Assembly (NCBI GenBank): GCA_944325075.1
Contig: CALUYU010000002.1
Location: 6,970-70,969, forward strand
Direction: 5' to 3'
Length of the DNA stretch: 64,000 nt
Origin: Candidatus Gastranaerophilales bacterium
GTDB taxonomy: Bacteria > Cyanobacteriota > Vampirovibrionia > Gastranaerophilales > Gastranaerophilaceae
Shown here: piece by piece, positions 45,145-53,070 of the stretch
Layout: each line of letters opens with the position of its first letter
How positions within the stretch are numbered: the stretch's first letter is position 1
The notes under the pieces: generated by a model
Told to the model about the DNA's origin: nothing
The model's input: the letters and a program-made list of their open reading frames with translations, nothing else
Databases searched by the model: none
Made by a program: the position numbers and the translations under genes

Positions 45145-46023
45145 ATGAAATTTCGAAATATTGCAGAAAAAGAGTCTTTGGCCGGGTATATTTTTATCCT
45201 GCCGGCACTTATAGGAACACTTATTTTTATTATAATTCCGGTTATGTGCTCATTCGGGTTGAGTTTTACAAAGTGGGATCTGCTAAATCCGATAGAGTTC
45301 GCCGGGCTGGTCAATTATAGGGAAATATTCACAGAACCTTTATTTTTTAAAATTTTGTTGAATACAATCGTGTTTGCCTTGTCTACATCGATATTTGGGG
45401 TGATAATTCCATTGGTGCTTGCAGCAGTTATAAATTCAGGAATACGCGGAAGTGAGTTTTATAAAACTGCCTATTTCCTTCCGTTTATAACTCCAATGAT
45501 AGTAATAGGAATTGTATGGGAATGGATATTCGATCCAAACATCGGACTTTTGAATACTGTATTAAATCTACATATAAGCTGGCTTTATGATACGCGTTTT
45601 GCTATGCCGGCGCTTATTATTGTATCTGTTTGGAAATTAATAGGGTACAATATGATAATCTTTTTGGCTGCGCTTGGGGGGATCTCGCAAAGTTTGTTCG
45701 AGGCTGCAAAAATAGATGGAGCAAATGTTTTACAAACTTTTAAATATGTGACTGTTCCAATGCTTTCTCCAACAATATTCTTTGTGGTAATAATTACTGC
45801 AATAAGTTCATTCCAGGTTTTTGATTTGATATACCTGATGACCGGCGGCGGGCCGCTTGACAGCACAAATGTGCTTGTATATGCTATATACAAAAACGCT
45901 TTTGAATACTTTAATATAGGTAAAGCAAGTGCTATTGCTTATGTTTTATTTGTAATAATTTTTGTTTTGACAATGATTCAATGGGGACTGCGTAAAAAAA
46001 TTGTTTATAATGAAATGGAGTAA
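45145..46023 (+). CDS. Carbohydrate ABC transporter permease (MalF/UgpA type), no partner genes adjacent
   Basis: Six TMs. EAA-type loop AAKIDGANVLQTFKYVTVP. The track start TTG 45127 is less likely than ATG 45145. Confidence 0.8.
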   Translation: MKFRNIAEKESLAGYIFILPALIGTLIFIIIPVMCSFGLSFTKWDLLNPIEFAGLVNYREIFTEPLFFKILLNTIVFALSTSIFGVIIPLVLAAVINSGIRGSEFYKTAYFLPFITPMIVIGIVWEWIFDPNIGLLNTVLNLHISWLYDTRFAMPALIIVSVWKLIGYNMIIFLAALGGISQSLFEAAKIDGANVLQTFKYVTVPMLSPTIFFVVIITAISSFQVFDLIYLMTGGGPLDSTNVLVYAIYKNAFEYFNIGKASAIAYVLFVIIFVLTMIQWGLRKKIVYNEME

Positions 46024-46043
46024 TATATGTGGAAATTTAACCT

Positions 46044-46072
46044 TTGTTAAATTTTTATTTTCATGATATACT
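46044..46072 (+). promoter_or_regulatory. Promoter of SRP RNA
   Basis: TTGTTA, 17-nt spacer, TGaTATACT. Predicted start near 46079. Confidence 0.55.
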
Positions 46073-46078
46073 ATAATC

Positions 46079-46336
46079 AGCCGTGCTCCACGGGGAATTG
46101 CAATCTCTCGACCCGAAGTTTAGGCGGGGTGCAGAGCCTGTTGTGAGGGTTTGGCAGATGCAGCTTGATAAAATTATTTTTGTTGACGTTTAAATATGCA
46201 GCGGCGTAAGCTGTCGAACCGTGTCAGGATGGAAACATAGCAGCACTAAGACAATCCTTGCGGGTGTTGTATCTTTAAAAAGAGAAAATCATTTTTGATT
46301 CTGTTTTTGCCAAGTTCGATAGACAGTGGCACGGCT
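46079..46336 (+). ncRNA. ffs: Signal recognition particle RNA, long (Alu-domain-containing) form
   Basis: Domain IV core CCGUGUCAGG-AUG-GAAA-CAU-AGCAGCACUAAG corresponds to the conserved GUCAGGUCCGGAAGGAAGCAGC. The 5' AGCCGUGC pairs with the 3' GCACGGCU, followed by a T run. GUUGACGUUU and CGAUAGACAGUGGCACGG resemble Bacillus-type scRNA as I remember it. Confidence 0.8.
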
Positions 46337-46399
46337 TTTTATATTTGCATTTATTAATTGATTTTATTATAATTATTTTGTAAGGGATACTTAGTCTGT

Positions 46400-47236
46400 A
46401 TGAAAAGATTTATATTAAATGCCGATGATTTCGGAAAATCTCAGGATCATAATCGTGCTGTTTTAAACGGTTACAGTAACGGGTTTGTAAAAAGTGCCAG
46501 CTTAATGGCAAACGGTTCGGCCTTTGAAAGTGCAGTCAACGAAATAATTCCGGAGTGTCAGCATTTGAGTGTAGGTGTTCACTTAAATTTGATTGAAGGC
46601 AAATCTCTTACGCGAACACGTTTTTTGACAAATATCAGCGGTGAGTTTGACAAAAATTATCTTTATTTAATAAGAAATTCCTCTAATCCTGAGTTTCTCA
46701 AGGAAGTTGAAAAAGAATTTCGTGCGCAAATTGAAAAAATTCTTGTCTCTGTAAAACCTGATCATATTGATTCTCATTGCCATACCCACGCAATACCTCC
46801 AATTTTCAAAATTGTTTGTAAACTTGCAAAAGAATATAATATACCTTATGTTCGCACGCAATATGAGGAATTTTACGTTGTACCTAAACTCAGGTATATT
46901 TTAAATTATAAATTTGCGATTAATATACTTAAAGTTATACTTCTTAATGTTTACACACTGAGGAACCGAAAAATTGTAAATGAATTTGGCCTAAAAACTA
47001 ATAATTATCTAATTGGTGTCGGTTATACCGGGATGATGGATGCAAACACTCTTGAATACGGGTTGAAAACTATAAGCGATGAAGAAGATATTATTGCAGA
47101 AGCACTTATTCATCCGTGCAGTTATCTGAGAAGTATTAATGACAGTCATGCTGTTGAATTTAAATTAACACAGAATAAAATATTAGAGGACAACATTTAT
47201 CGTATGGGTTTTGAAATAACTAACCACAAGGTGTAA
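46400..47236 (+). CDS. YdjC/ChbG/HpnK-family carbohydrate deacetylase
   Basis: FILNADDFG and GVHLNLIEG, plus His-rich DSHCHTH. Confidence 0.8.
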   Translation: MKRFILNADDFGKSQDHNRAVLNGYSNGFVKSASLMANGSAFESAVNEIIPECQHLSVGVHLNLIEGKSLTRTRFLTNISGEFDKNYLYLIRNSSNPEFLKEVEKEFRAQIEKILVSVKPDHIDSHCHTHAIPPIFKIVCKLAKEYNIPYVRTQYEEFYVVPKLRYILNYKFAINILKVILLNVYTLRNRKIVNEFGLKTNNYLIGVGYTGMMDANTLEYGLKTISDEEDIIAEALIHPCSYLRSINDSHAVEFKLTQNKILEDNIYRMGFEITNHKV

Positions 47237-49042
47237 GTGTGTGTAATGAGGGATAAACTTAGTCTTTGTGTATTGGTAGTATTATTTATTTTGTTTTCTC
47301 TCTATATATTAGTAGTTCAAAGGCACCAGAGAGTTCTTAATATAGTTACTCCAACAGTAATTCAGGTTGATCTTAACAATAATAATATTGTTGATGACGG
47401 AGAAACATTTTGTATTCCGTCAGTTGAATCTTTTACATCGAATTTGTCAAAAAATTCGGCCGAACTTGCCGACAGCCTGGGAATTTCATATGAGCAGTCT
47501 CTTGCAATCGGCTTTCTGGCAGATGATTTCGCCAATAAAATTCTTGGCGGGAGGAATATTCGGCTTAAACATTTTGAAAAAGCTCTTGATAAGCCGGATT
47601 GTAAATATGCAGATATTTATATTGATAAACAAAATTACAGAGACCTGCTTAATATAAACGGTTTTGGCATATCGAACGGCCGACCGGTTAATCAAAAAGC
47701 CTTTGAGTCAATCAGTGCAAAGGCTAAAAATCTTAAACTTGTTATCATGAACCATAAAAGTCTTAAATATCACACTCTCGGCTGCAAATACGGGCAGGCC
47801 GCACATGATGCGGTTATTCTGTTAGAGAGGGAAATTCCCAAAGAGGCAAAAGCATGCAAATTTTGCCACATTGATAATAAGTTAAAAAAGTATTCCAAAG
47901 AAATTCCGGCTGTTCCGCCTCCGCCCAATATAATTACTGACGGAAGTTTCAAGCTTATATTAACCGATTTTTCTCTTATATTAAAGCCAGACAGAAATTG
48001 TAATCATGCTGTCTGCAAAGAATTTGTAAATTCAATTAATCAGGCTCAAAATTCTATTGACATGGCAATTTATGGCTGGGCGAATATCCCTAAAGTTAAC
48101 TCGGCTCTGGATAGTGCCGCAAAACGCGGTGTTAAAATAAGAATAATCTATGATACTTCAAGCGGACAAAAGTATTATTATCCTGAAACGCTTGATTTTA
48201 TTGGAAAATATAATGATGTGCGTTCTGATGAAATTATAGATAATAAAAAATTAACAAATATGTTGATGCATAACAAATTTGCAATATTTGATAAATCAAA
48301 GGTGTATACCGGTTCAATGAATTTTTCAACAACCGGTTTTTCCGGATTTAACCATAATAATGTTGTCATTATTAATTCCAAAAGTATTGCTGAGATTTAT
48401 GAAAAAGAATTTGAACAAATGTTTAGCGGGAAATTTCACACTCTGAAAAAACAAACAGAAAACAACTCTAATTTGCAGGTCGGAAATAGTACTGTTTCTG
48501 TATATTTTTCTCCTCAGGACAAATCATTAACCAACTATGTGCTGCCGCTGATAAAAAATTCTAAAAAGTATATTTATATACCGGCCTTTTTATTTACACA
48601 TACTGAGTTGTGTTCAGAACTAATTCAAGCAAAAGAGCGCGGAGTTGATGTTAAAATTATTATAGACGCAACAAATACTTATGGTGAACACTCGGCCTTT
48701 AAGAGGCTTAGAAAAAACGGAATACCAATCAAGGTTGAAAATTTCGCGGGAAAAATGCACGCAAAAGCAATGATTATTGATGATGAATATCTTGTTGCAG
48801 GTTCAACAAATTTTTCAAACAGCGGTGAAAACAAAAATGATGAAAATCTTTTAATAATTAAAAATCCAAGATTAACAAAATTTTACCGTAATTATTTTGA
48901 ATACTTCTGGAAAAAAATTCCGGATAAATATTTGAGATATACTGTAAAAGCTGAAGGTAAATATTCAATTGGTTCCTGCTCTGACGGCATAGACAACGAT
49001 TTTGACGGGAAAATAGATCATGCGGACGATGGCTGTCAGTAA
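47237..49042 (+). CDS. Membrane-anchored phospholipase-D-superfamily protein with two HKD motifs, an SNase-like N-domain and a Cys/Asp-rich C-terminal motif
   Basis: MHNKFAIFD..GSMNFS and MHAKAMIIDD..GSTNFSNSG. YHTLGC...ACKFCH metal-binding-like element. C-terminal CSDGIDNDFDGKIDHADDGC. The start (GTG 47237 or ATG 47246) is uncertain. Confidence 0.75.
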   Translation: MCVMRDKLSLCVLVVLFILFSLYILVVQRHQRVLNIVTPTVIQVDLNNNNIVDDGETFCIPSVESFTSNLSKNSAELADSLGISYEQSLAIGFLADDFANKILGGRNIRLKHFEKALDKPDCKYADIYIDKQNYRDLLNINGFGISNGRPVNQKAFESISAKAKNLKLVIMNHKSLKYHTLGCKYGQAAHDAVILLEREIPKEAKACKFCHIDNKLKKYSKEIPAVPPPPNIITDGSFKLILTDFSLILKPDRNCNHAVCKEFVNSINQAQNSIDMAIYGWANIPKVNSALDSAAKRGVKIRIIYDTSSGQKYYYPETLDFIGKYNDVRSDEIIDNKKLTNMLMHNKFAIFDKSKVYTGSMNFSTTGFSGFNHNNVVIINSKSIAEIYEKEFEQMFSGKFHTLKKQTENNSNLQVGNSTVSVYFSPQDKSLTNYVLPLIKNSKKYIYIPAFLFTHTELCSELIQAKERGVDVKIIIDATNTYGEHSAFKRLRKNGIPIKVENFAGKMHAKAMIIDDEYLVAGSTNFSNSGENKNDENLLIIKNPRLTKFYRNYFEYFWKKIPDKYLRYTVKAEGKYSIGSCSDGIDNDFDGKIDHADDGCQ

Positions 49043-49145
49043 TGTTATTTCTCATAAAATGCTCAATAAAAGTTAAAGTGCACATTGATGATTTTTGTTT
49101 ATTTTTCTGTTAGTATTAATTCTGTAATATCAGAGGGGAGACAAA

Positions 49146-49772
49146 ATGGAATTAATAAATAGTATACTTGCGCATTTAATAAGCTGGATTGAGCATGTAA
49201 TTACAGTTATGGGGCCTTCAGGTGTCGCTTTGTTAATGGCAATTGAGTCTTGCAATATTCCGTTGCCAAGTGAAGCTGTATTGCCTTTTGCGGGTTATAT
49301 TGTAAGCAAGGGCGAAATGAATTTTCATGTCGCAGCATTTGCAAGTGCTGTCGGGTGTGTGCTTGGCTCGCTCCCGTCTTATTATATCGGATATTTTGGA
49401 GGCCGTACTTTTGTGGAAAAGTATGGTAAATATTTTCTTGTTTCCAAAAAGGATCTTGAAGAGGCGGATAAGTGGGTTGAAAAATATGGAGATTGGGCAT
49501 TTTTTATATGCAGAATGCTTCCGGTTGTGAGAACATTTATTTCACTGCCTGCAGGTATTTTAAGGGCTAAAAAACGATTTTTCTTTACATTCACCTTTCT
49601 TGGCTCGCTTATCTGGAGCTACCTGCTTATATTTGTCGGAGTTAAGCTTGGCCAAAATATGGAGGCCTTTAAGCACATCTGGCACAAATTTGATATACTA
49701 ATAGTTGCTGTTTGCGTTATTCTTGGCGGATTATATATTTATAAGCACATAAAACATCTGAAAGAAAGCTAA
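49146..49772 (+). CDS. dedA: DedA-family membrane protein
   Basis: FICRMLPVVRTFISLPAG and the overall 200-aa multi-TM layout. Confidence 0.85.
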   Translation: MELINSILAHLISWIEHVITVMGPSGVALLMAIESCNIPLPSEAVLPFAGYIVSKGEMNFHVAAFASAVGCVLGSLPSYYIGYFGGRTFVEKYGKYFLVSKKDLEEADKWVEKYGDWAFFICRMLPVVRTFISLPAGILRAKKRFFFTFTFLGSLIWSYLLIFVGVKLGQNMEAFKHIWHKFDILIVAVCVILGGLYIYKHIKHLKES

Positions 49773-50663
49773 TTAGTTTAAGTTTATAACTTTGTCAATA
49801 ACATATAATGGGCGTGCTTTGGTATCTTGTGAAATCCCGGCAATATACATTCCGACCAGTCCGATTGCTGCAATTTGGAGAGCACTGCAAAAAAGTATTG
49901 CAGAAATTACCGGATTATATATAGCAGCAACAAAAGATAAAATAATCAGCAGACCAGCAATTCCCCATACTAAATCCAATAATCTATATGACAAGCTAAA
50001 AATGCCGGTTAAGGCAAGTTTGAACATCTTTAAAGCTGAATATTTTGTTTTTCCGGCTTCACGTTCATCGCGGTTGTAGTAGTATGGTACAGATTTAAAA
50101 CCGCTCCAGGCAATCAGGCCTCTTAAAAATCTTTGGTGTTCTTTCATTGCATTTACTGTTTTGCGAACCTTGGCCGTCATAATACGGAAATTCCCGGTAT
50201 CAGGAGGCATCTTAATTTCACTTAATAAGTTGATTACTCTGTAAAATCCATATGCGGTAAGCTTTTTAAACAAGGTTTCGGATTTTCTTTCAATCCTCTT
50301 TGCATAAACAATATCATATCCTTCGGCAAGCTTCTCATACATCGCCGGAATTAACTCAGGCGGATCCTGAAGATCAGAATCAATTATAGCAACGTAATCA
50401 CCGGTAGAGTAATCCAAACCCGCTGTCACGGCAATATCCTGACCAAAATTTCGTGTGAAAGTAATTAATTTTATACACTTGTGTTTCTCTGCATAATTGT
50501 TTACGAACAAAACGCTGTTATCAGAAGAACCATCATCAACCAGAATAAAATTTACATCAAGTGTCTCTGAAAGCACCTCTTTTAAAGCCAAAAGGCGTGT
50601 GAGAAGTTTTTCTATGCATTCTTCTTCATTATAAAACGGAACAATTATATCCAAAGTTTTCAT
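49773..50663 (-). CDS. GT2 polyprenyl-phosphate glycosyltransferase (ArnC/GtrB/DPM1-like)
   Basis: IIVPFYNEEECI, VDDGSSDNS, IDSDLQDPPE, and two C-terminal TMs. Confidence 0.85.
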   Translation of the reverse strand: MKTLDIIVPFYNEEECIEKLLTRLLALKEVLSETLDVNFILVDDGSSDNSVLFVNNYAEKHKCIKLITFTRNFGQDIAVTAGLDYSTGDYVAIIDSDLQDPPELIPAMYEKLAEGYDIVYAKRIERKSETLFKKLTAYGFYRVINLLSEIKMPPDTGNFRIMTAKVRKTVNAMKEHQRFLRGLIAWSGFKSVPYYYNRDEREAGKTKYSALKMFKLALTGIFSLSYRLLDLVWGIAGLLIILSFVAAIYNPVISAILFCSALQIAAIGLVGMYIAGISQDTKARPLYVIDKVINLN

Positions 50664-50666
50664 TTA

Positions 50667-51983
50667 CTAATCCTTATTTTCTTCATTTTTAATTGCTTTG
50701 GCAACATATTTAGCGATACCTTCCCCCATGGAAAAGCAGCTTGTTTGAACTCTAAGTGCGCCTTGAGCCATAAAATCAGCCGATATACATCTCCCGGCAA
50801 CAAATAAATTTTTAACATCCGCAGACATTGTACATTCTATAGGTATTTGATAATCCTGAACCATTGTCAGAATTGATGCATTTTTCTTTTTGGAATGAAC
50901 ATCAATAGGATAATTAGCAACAACAAGGGGGGTATCAAACTTTTTCCCGGAAATAATATCGCCCATAGTATAAACATACTTTCCTTTAATTCTTCTTGAA
51001 GTCCTTACTCCAAGCATATCAGCGATATTTGAAATATAAGAATTTTCAAATCCCGGGAAATACTCCTTACAAAATTTAGCAAGTCTTAGTATAGTTTTTC
51101 TTGCAAGGAGCAAGGCTTTTGATGTGTCACGCACTGCAAGAATTTCATTGTAATTTATAATCCGCGGACAGTTGAATGCTATGCACCCGGGCATTCCCGC
51201 TACTGTAAATATCTGAAAATAGTTACTATCAATGGGTTTTAATATTTTTTTACGCTCTGCATCCTTAAATAGAGGGCGCAAAGCCCATTCCTTATTTCTG
51301 TCCCATGTATAGGCTGTAGACAGGTGTATCTGGCCATCTATCTCCTCAACTGTTGTAACGGAACGATCCTTATCATATTCTTTAAGCCAGTTTCCAAATT
51401 TTCTAAGATCAACCCCGCCCATTATAAATCTTAAACTTACCGGTTGGTTTTCAACTTTTTTTTCCAAAAATTGACAACCACAAAATTTTCCGACTTCACA
51501 ATTTCCAGTCGAGTCTACAACATATCTCGCAGCGATAGGTACTGATAACTTTTTAATCTGCTCATGTACCTCGTCGTTATATAACGATAAGATTTGTTTT
51601 GAAATAGTAATAGTCTTAATAGTGCTGTTTTTCAATTGAATTTTAGTTATGTGAGTGTCGAAATACACGTCCACACCGGCTTTAGCCATAAGTGAGTCCA
51701 ATGCTATTTTTGTGAGCTCAGGATTAAACCAGCCGGGGTTGCCAAGATAGGTTACCTGTCCGCCTAAACTCTTTAATTCTTCAATTAACGCGTGATAAAA
51801 CCAAGTATTAATCTGATTGTCTGAAGATTTCATCGCAGGAATGACAAGCCCGGAAGTAATCGTGCCGCCCAAATGTATTCTTTTTTCAATAATAAGAGTT
51901 TTCAGTCCTAACTTGCCGGCAATATATGCAGCAGCACAACCGGCAGTCCCGCCTCCGACCACAACTAAATCATAATGTTTCAT
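50667..51983 (-). CDS. FAD-dependent oxidoreductase
   Basis: DLVVVGGGTAGCAAA...IEK...GGT. Upstream of, and apparently co-transcribed with, the GT2 gene. Confidence 0.7.
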   Translation of the reverse strand: MKHYDLVVVGGGTAGCAAAYIAGKLGLKTLIIEKRIHLGGTITSGLVIPAMKSSDNQINTWFYHALIEELKSLGGQVTYLGNPGWFNPELTKIALDSLMAKAGVDVYFDTHITKIQLKNSTIKTITISKQILSLYNDEVHEQIKKLSVPIAARYVVDSTGNCEVGKFCGCQFLEKKVENQPVSLRFIMGGVDLRKFGNWLKEYDKDRSVTTVEEIDGQIHLSTAYTWDRNKEWALRPLFKDAERKKILKPIDSNYFQIFTVAGMPGCIAFNCPRIINYNEILAVRDTSKALLLARKTILRLAKFCKEYFPGFENSYISNIADMLGVRTSRRIKGKYVYTMGDIISGKKFDTPLVVANYPIDVHSKKKNASILTMVQDYQIPIECTMSADVKNLFVAGRCISADFMAQGALRVQTSCFSMGEGIAKYVAKAIKNEENKD

Positions 51984-51990
51984 ATAATAT

Positions 51991-51996
51991 ATTATA
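51991..51996 (-). promoter_or_regulatory. -10 TATAAT 7 nt before ATG 51983
   Basis: The minus strand reads CTGTATAAT-atattat-ATG with no SD. Confidence 0.35.
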
Positions 51997-52034
51997 CAGA
52001 TTCCAATTAAGGTATTGCAAATAATTAAATAATA

Positions 52035-52799
52035 TTACAATTTACATGGATAATCTTCAGGAATTTTCCAACCATTTGATATAATTTCATTAGTACAATA
52101 TTTTTTATTAAGACTGCAATCGCCTTTAGGAGCGCTTATACTTCCTTTTTGATAATCTCTTTCAAAGAAAAAGACATCTTTACAAGATTCATTTGGGCCC
52201 AGAGAGCCGTTTACATCAATAAAAAGAGAATTAACAAAAGTAGGATTACCATATGAATTCATAGAATTTTTTGGAAAAAAGATTACAGTTCCGTCACTCA
52301 GTTGGAATAAAAGCCTTGAACTGCTGGACTCAAGAGACCATGTGCCTCCATCACCAGTCCACTTTGAACTCCAAATAACGTTTGTACAGTCCTTAGGATA
52401 GCCACATGTACGGCAGGTATCGCATAATTTAGCTCCACTAAGATAAGGGTTTAGATATTTAGTCCAGAATTCATCAACATCTAAAGATTCGCCCTGAGGC
52501 CATATACGCATTTCTCCATTGTGACTTTCTGACATACGAATCGCATTTAGCAGTGTGCTATATGCTTTGCTTAATCTTGTGGCAATTTCTTGCTTTTTGT
52601 AATTTGCCAACAACGATGGAAGCGTCATTGCAGCGATGATACCGATTATACCAAGAGTTATCAAAACCTCTGCAAGTGTAAATCCCAATTTTGTAATACA
52701 ATGCTCAATGCTAAAGTTACGGTTAATATCGTAAACGAATTGTCTAAATAGGCTAAAACCCAATCCTAGTCTGGTTTTACGACTAAGGGGGGGGGGCAA
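52035..52799 (-). CDS. Type IV pilin/pseudopilin-like protein (prepilin N-terminal methylation domain); start unresolved, see G10 tract
   Basis: KLG-FTLAEVLITLGIIGIIAAMTLP is a class III signal/methylation motif. Cys-rich globular domain. There is no in-frame ATG or GTG between the tract and the cleavage motif. Confidence 0.7.
   Translation of the reverse strand: MPPPLSRKTRLGLGFSLFRQFVYDINRNFSIEHCITKLGFTLAEVLITLGIIGIIAAMTLPSLLANYKKQEIATRLSKAYSTLLNAIRMSESHNGEMRIWPQGESLDVDEFWTKYLNPYLSGAKLCDTCRTCGYPKDCTNVIWSSKWTGDGGTWSLESSSSRLLFQLSDGTVIFFPKNSMNSYGNPTFVNSLFIDVNGSLGPNESCKDVFFFERDYQKGSISAPKGDCSLNKKYCTNEIISNGWKIPEDYPCKL
52787..52796. repeat. Homopolymeric G10 (C10 on the coding strand) tract at the 5' end of the pilin-like gene
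   Basis: Counted directly: gactaa-GGGGGGGGGG-caac. Confidence 0.95.
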
Positions 52800-53070
52800 C
52801 TTTAAGCATATTCCTAATTATCATGATAATCCTCCTTATATTTATAATAATAACAATATACATTATTTATCATTTTATAAATTATGTCAAGTATAGACTA
52901 ATATATCAATGTCCGTCAATACACAAACAACTTGCTTATGGGCACATATAAACTGTAAGATTCCTAAAGAAGTTTGGAATAACATTATTAATATTCAGGC
53001 AATCAGGCAAAAAATCGTCTAATAATCAAGTGCTAAAGAGAATTTATATCGTAAAGATATATAACGATAA

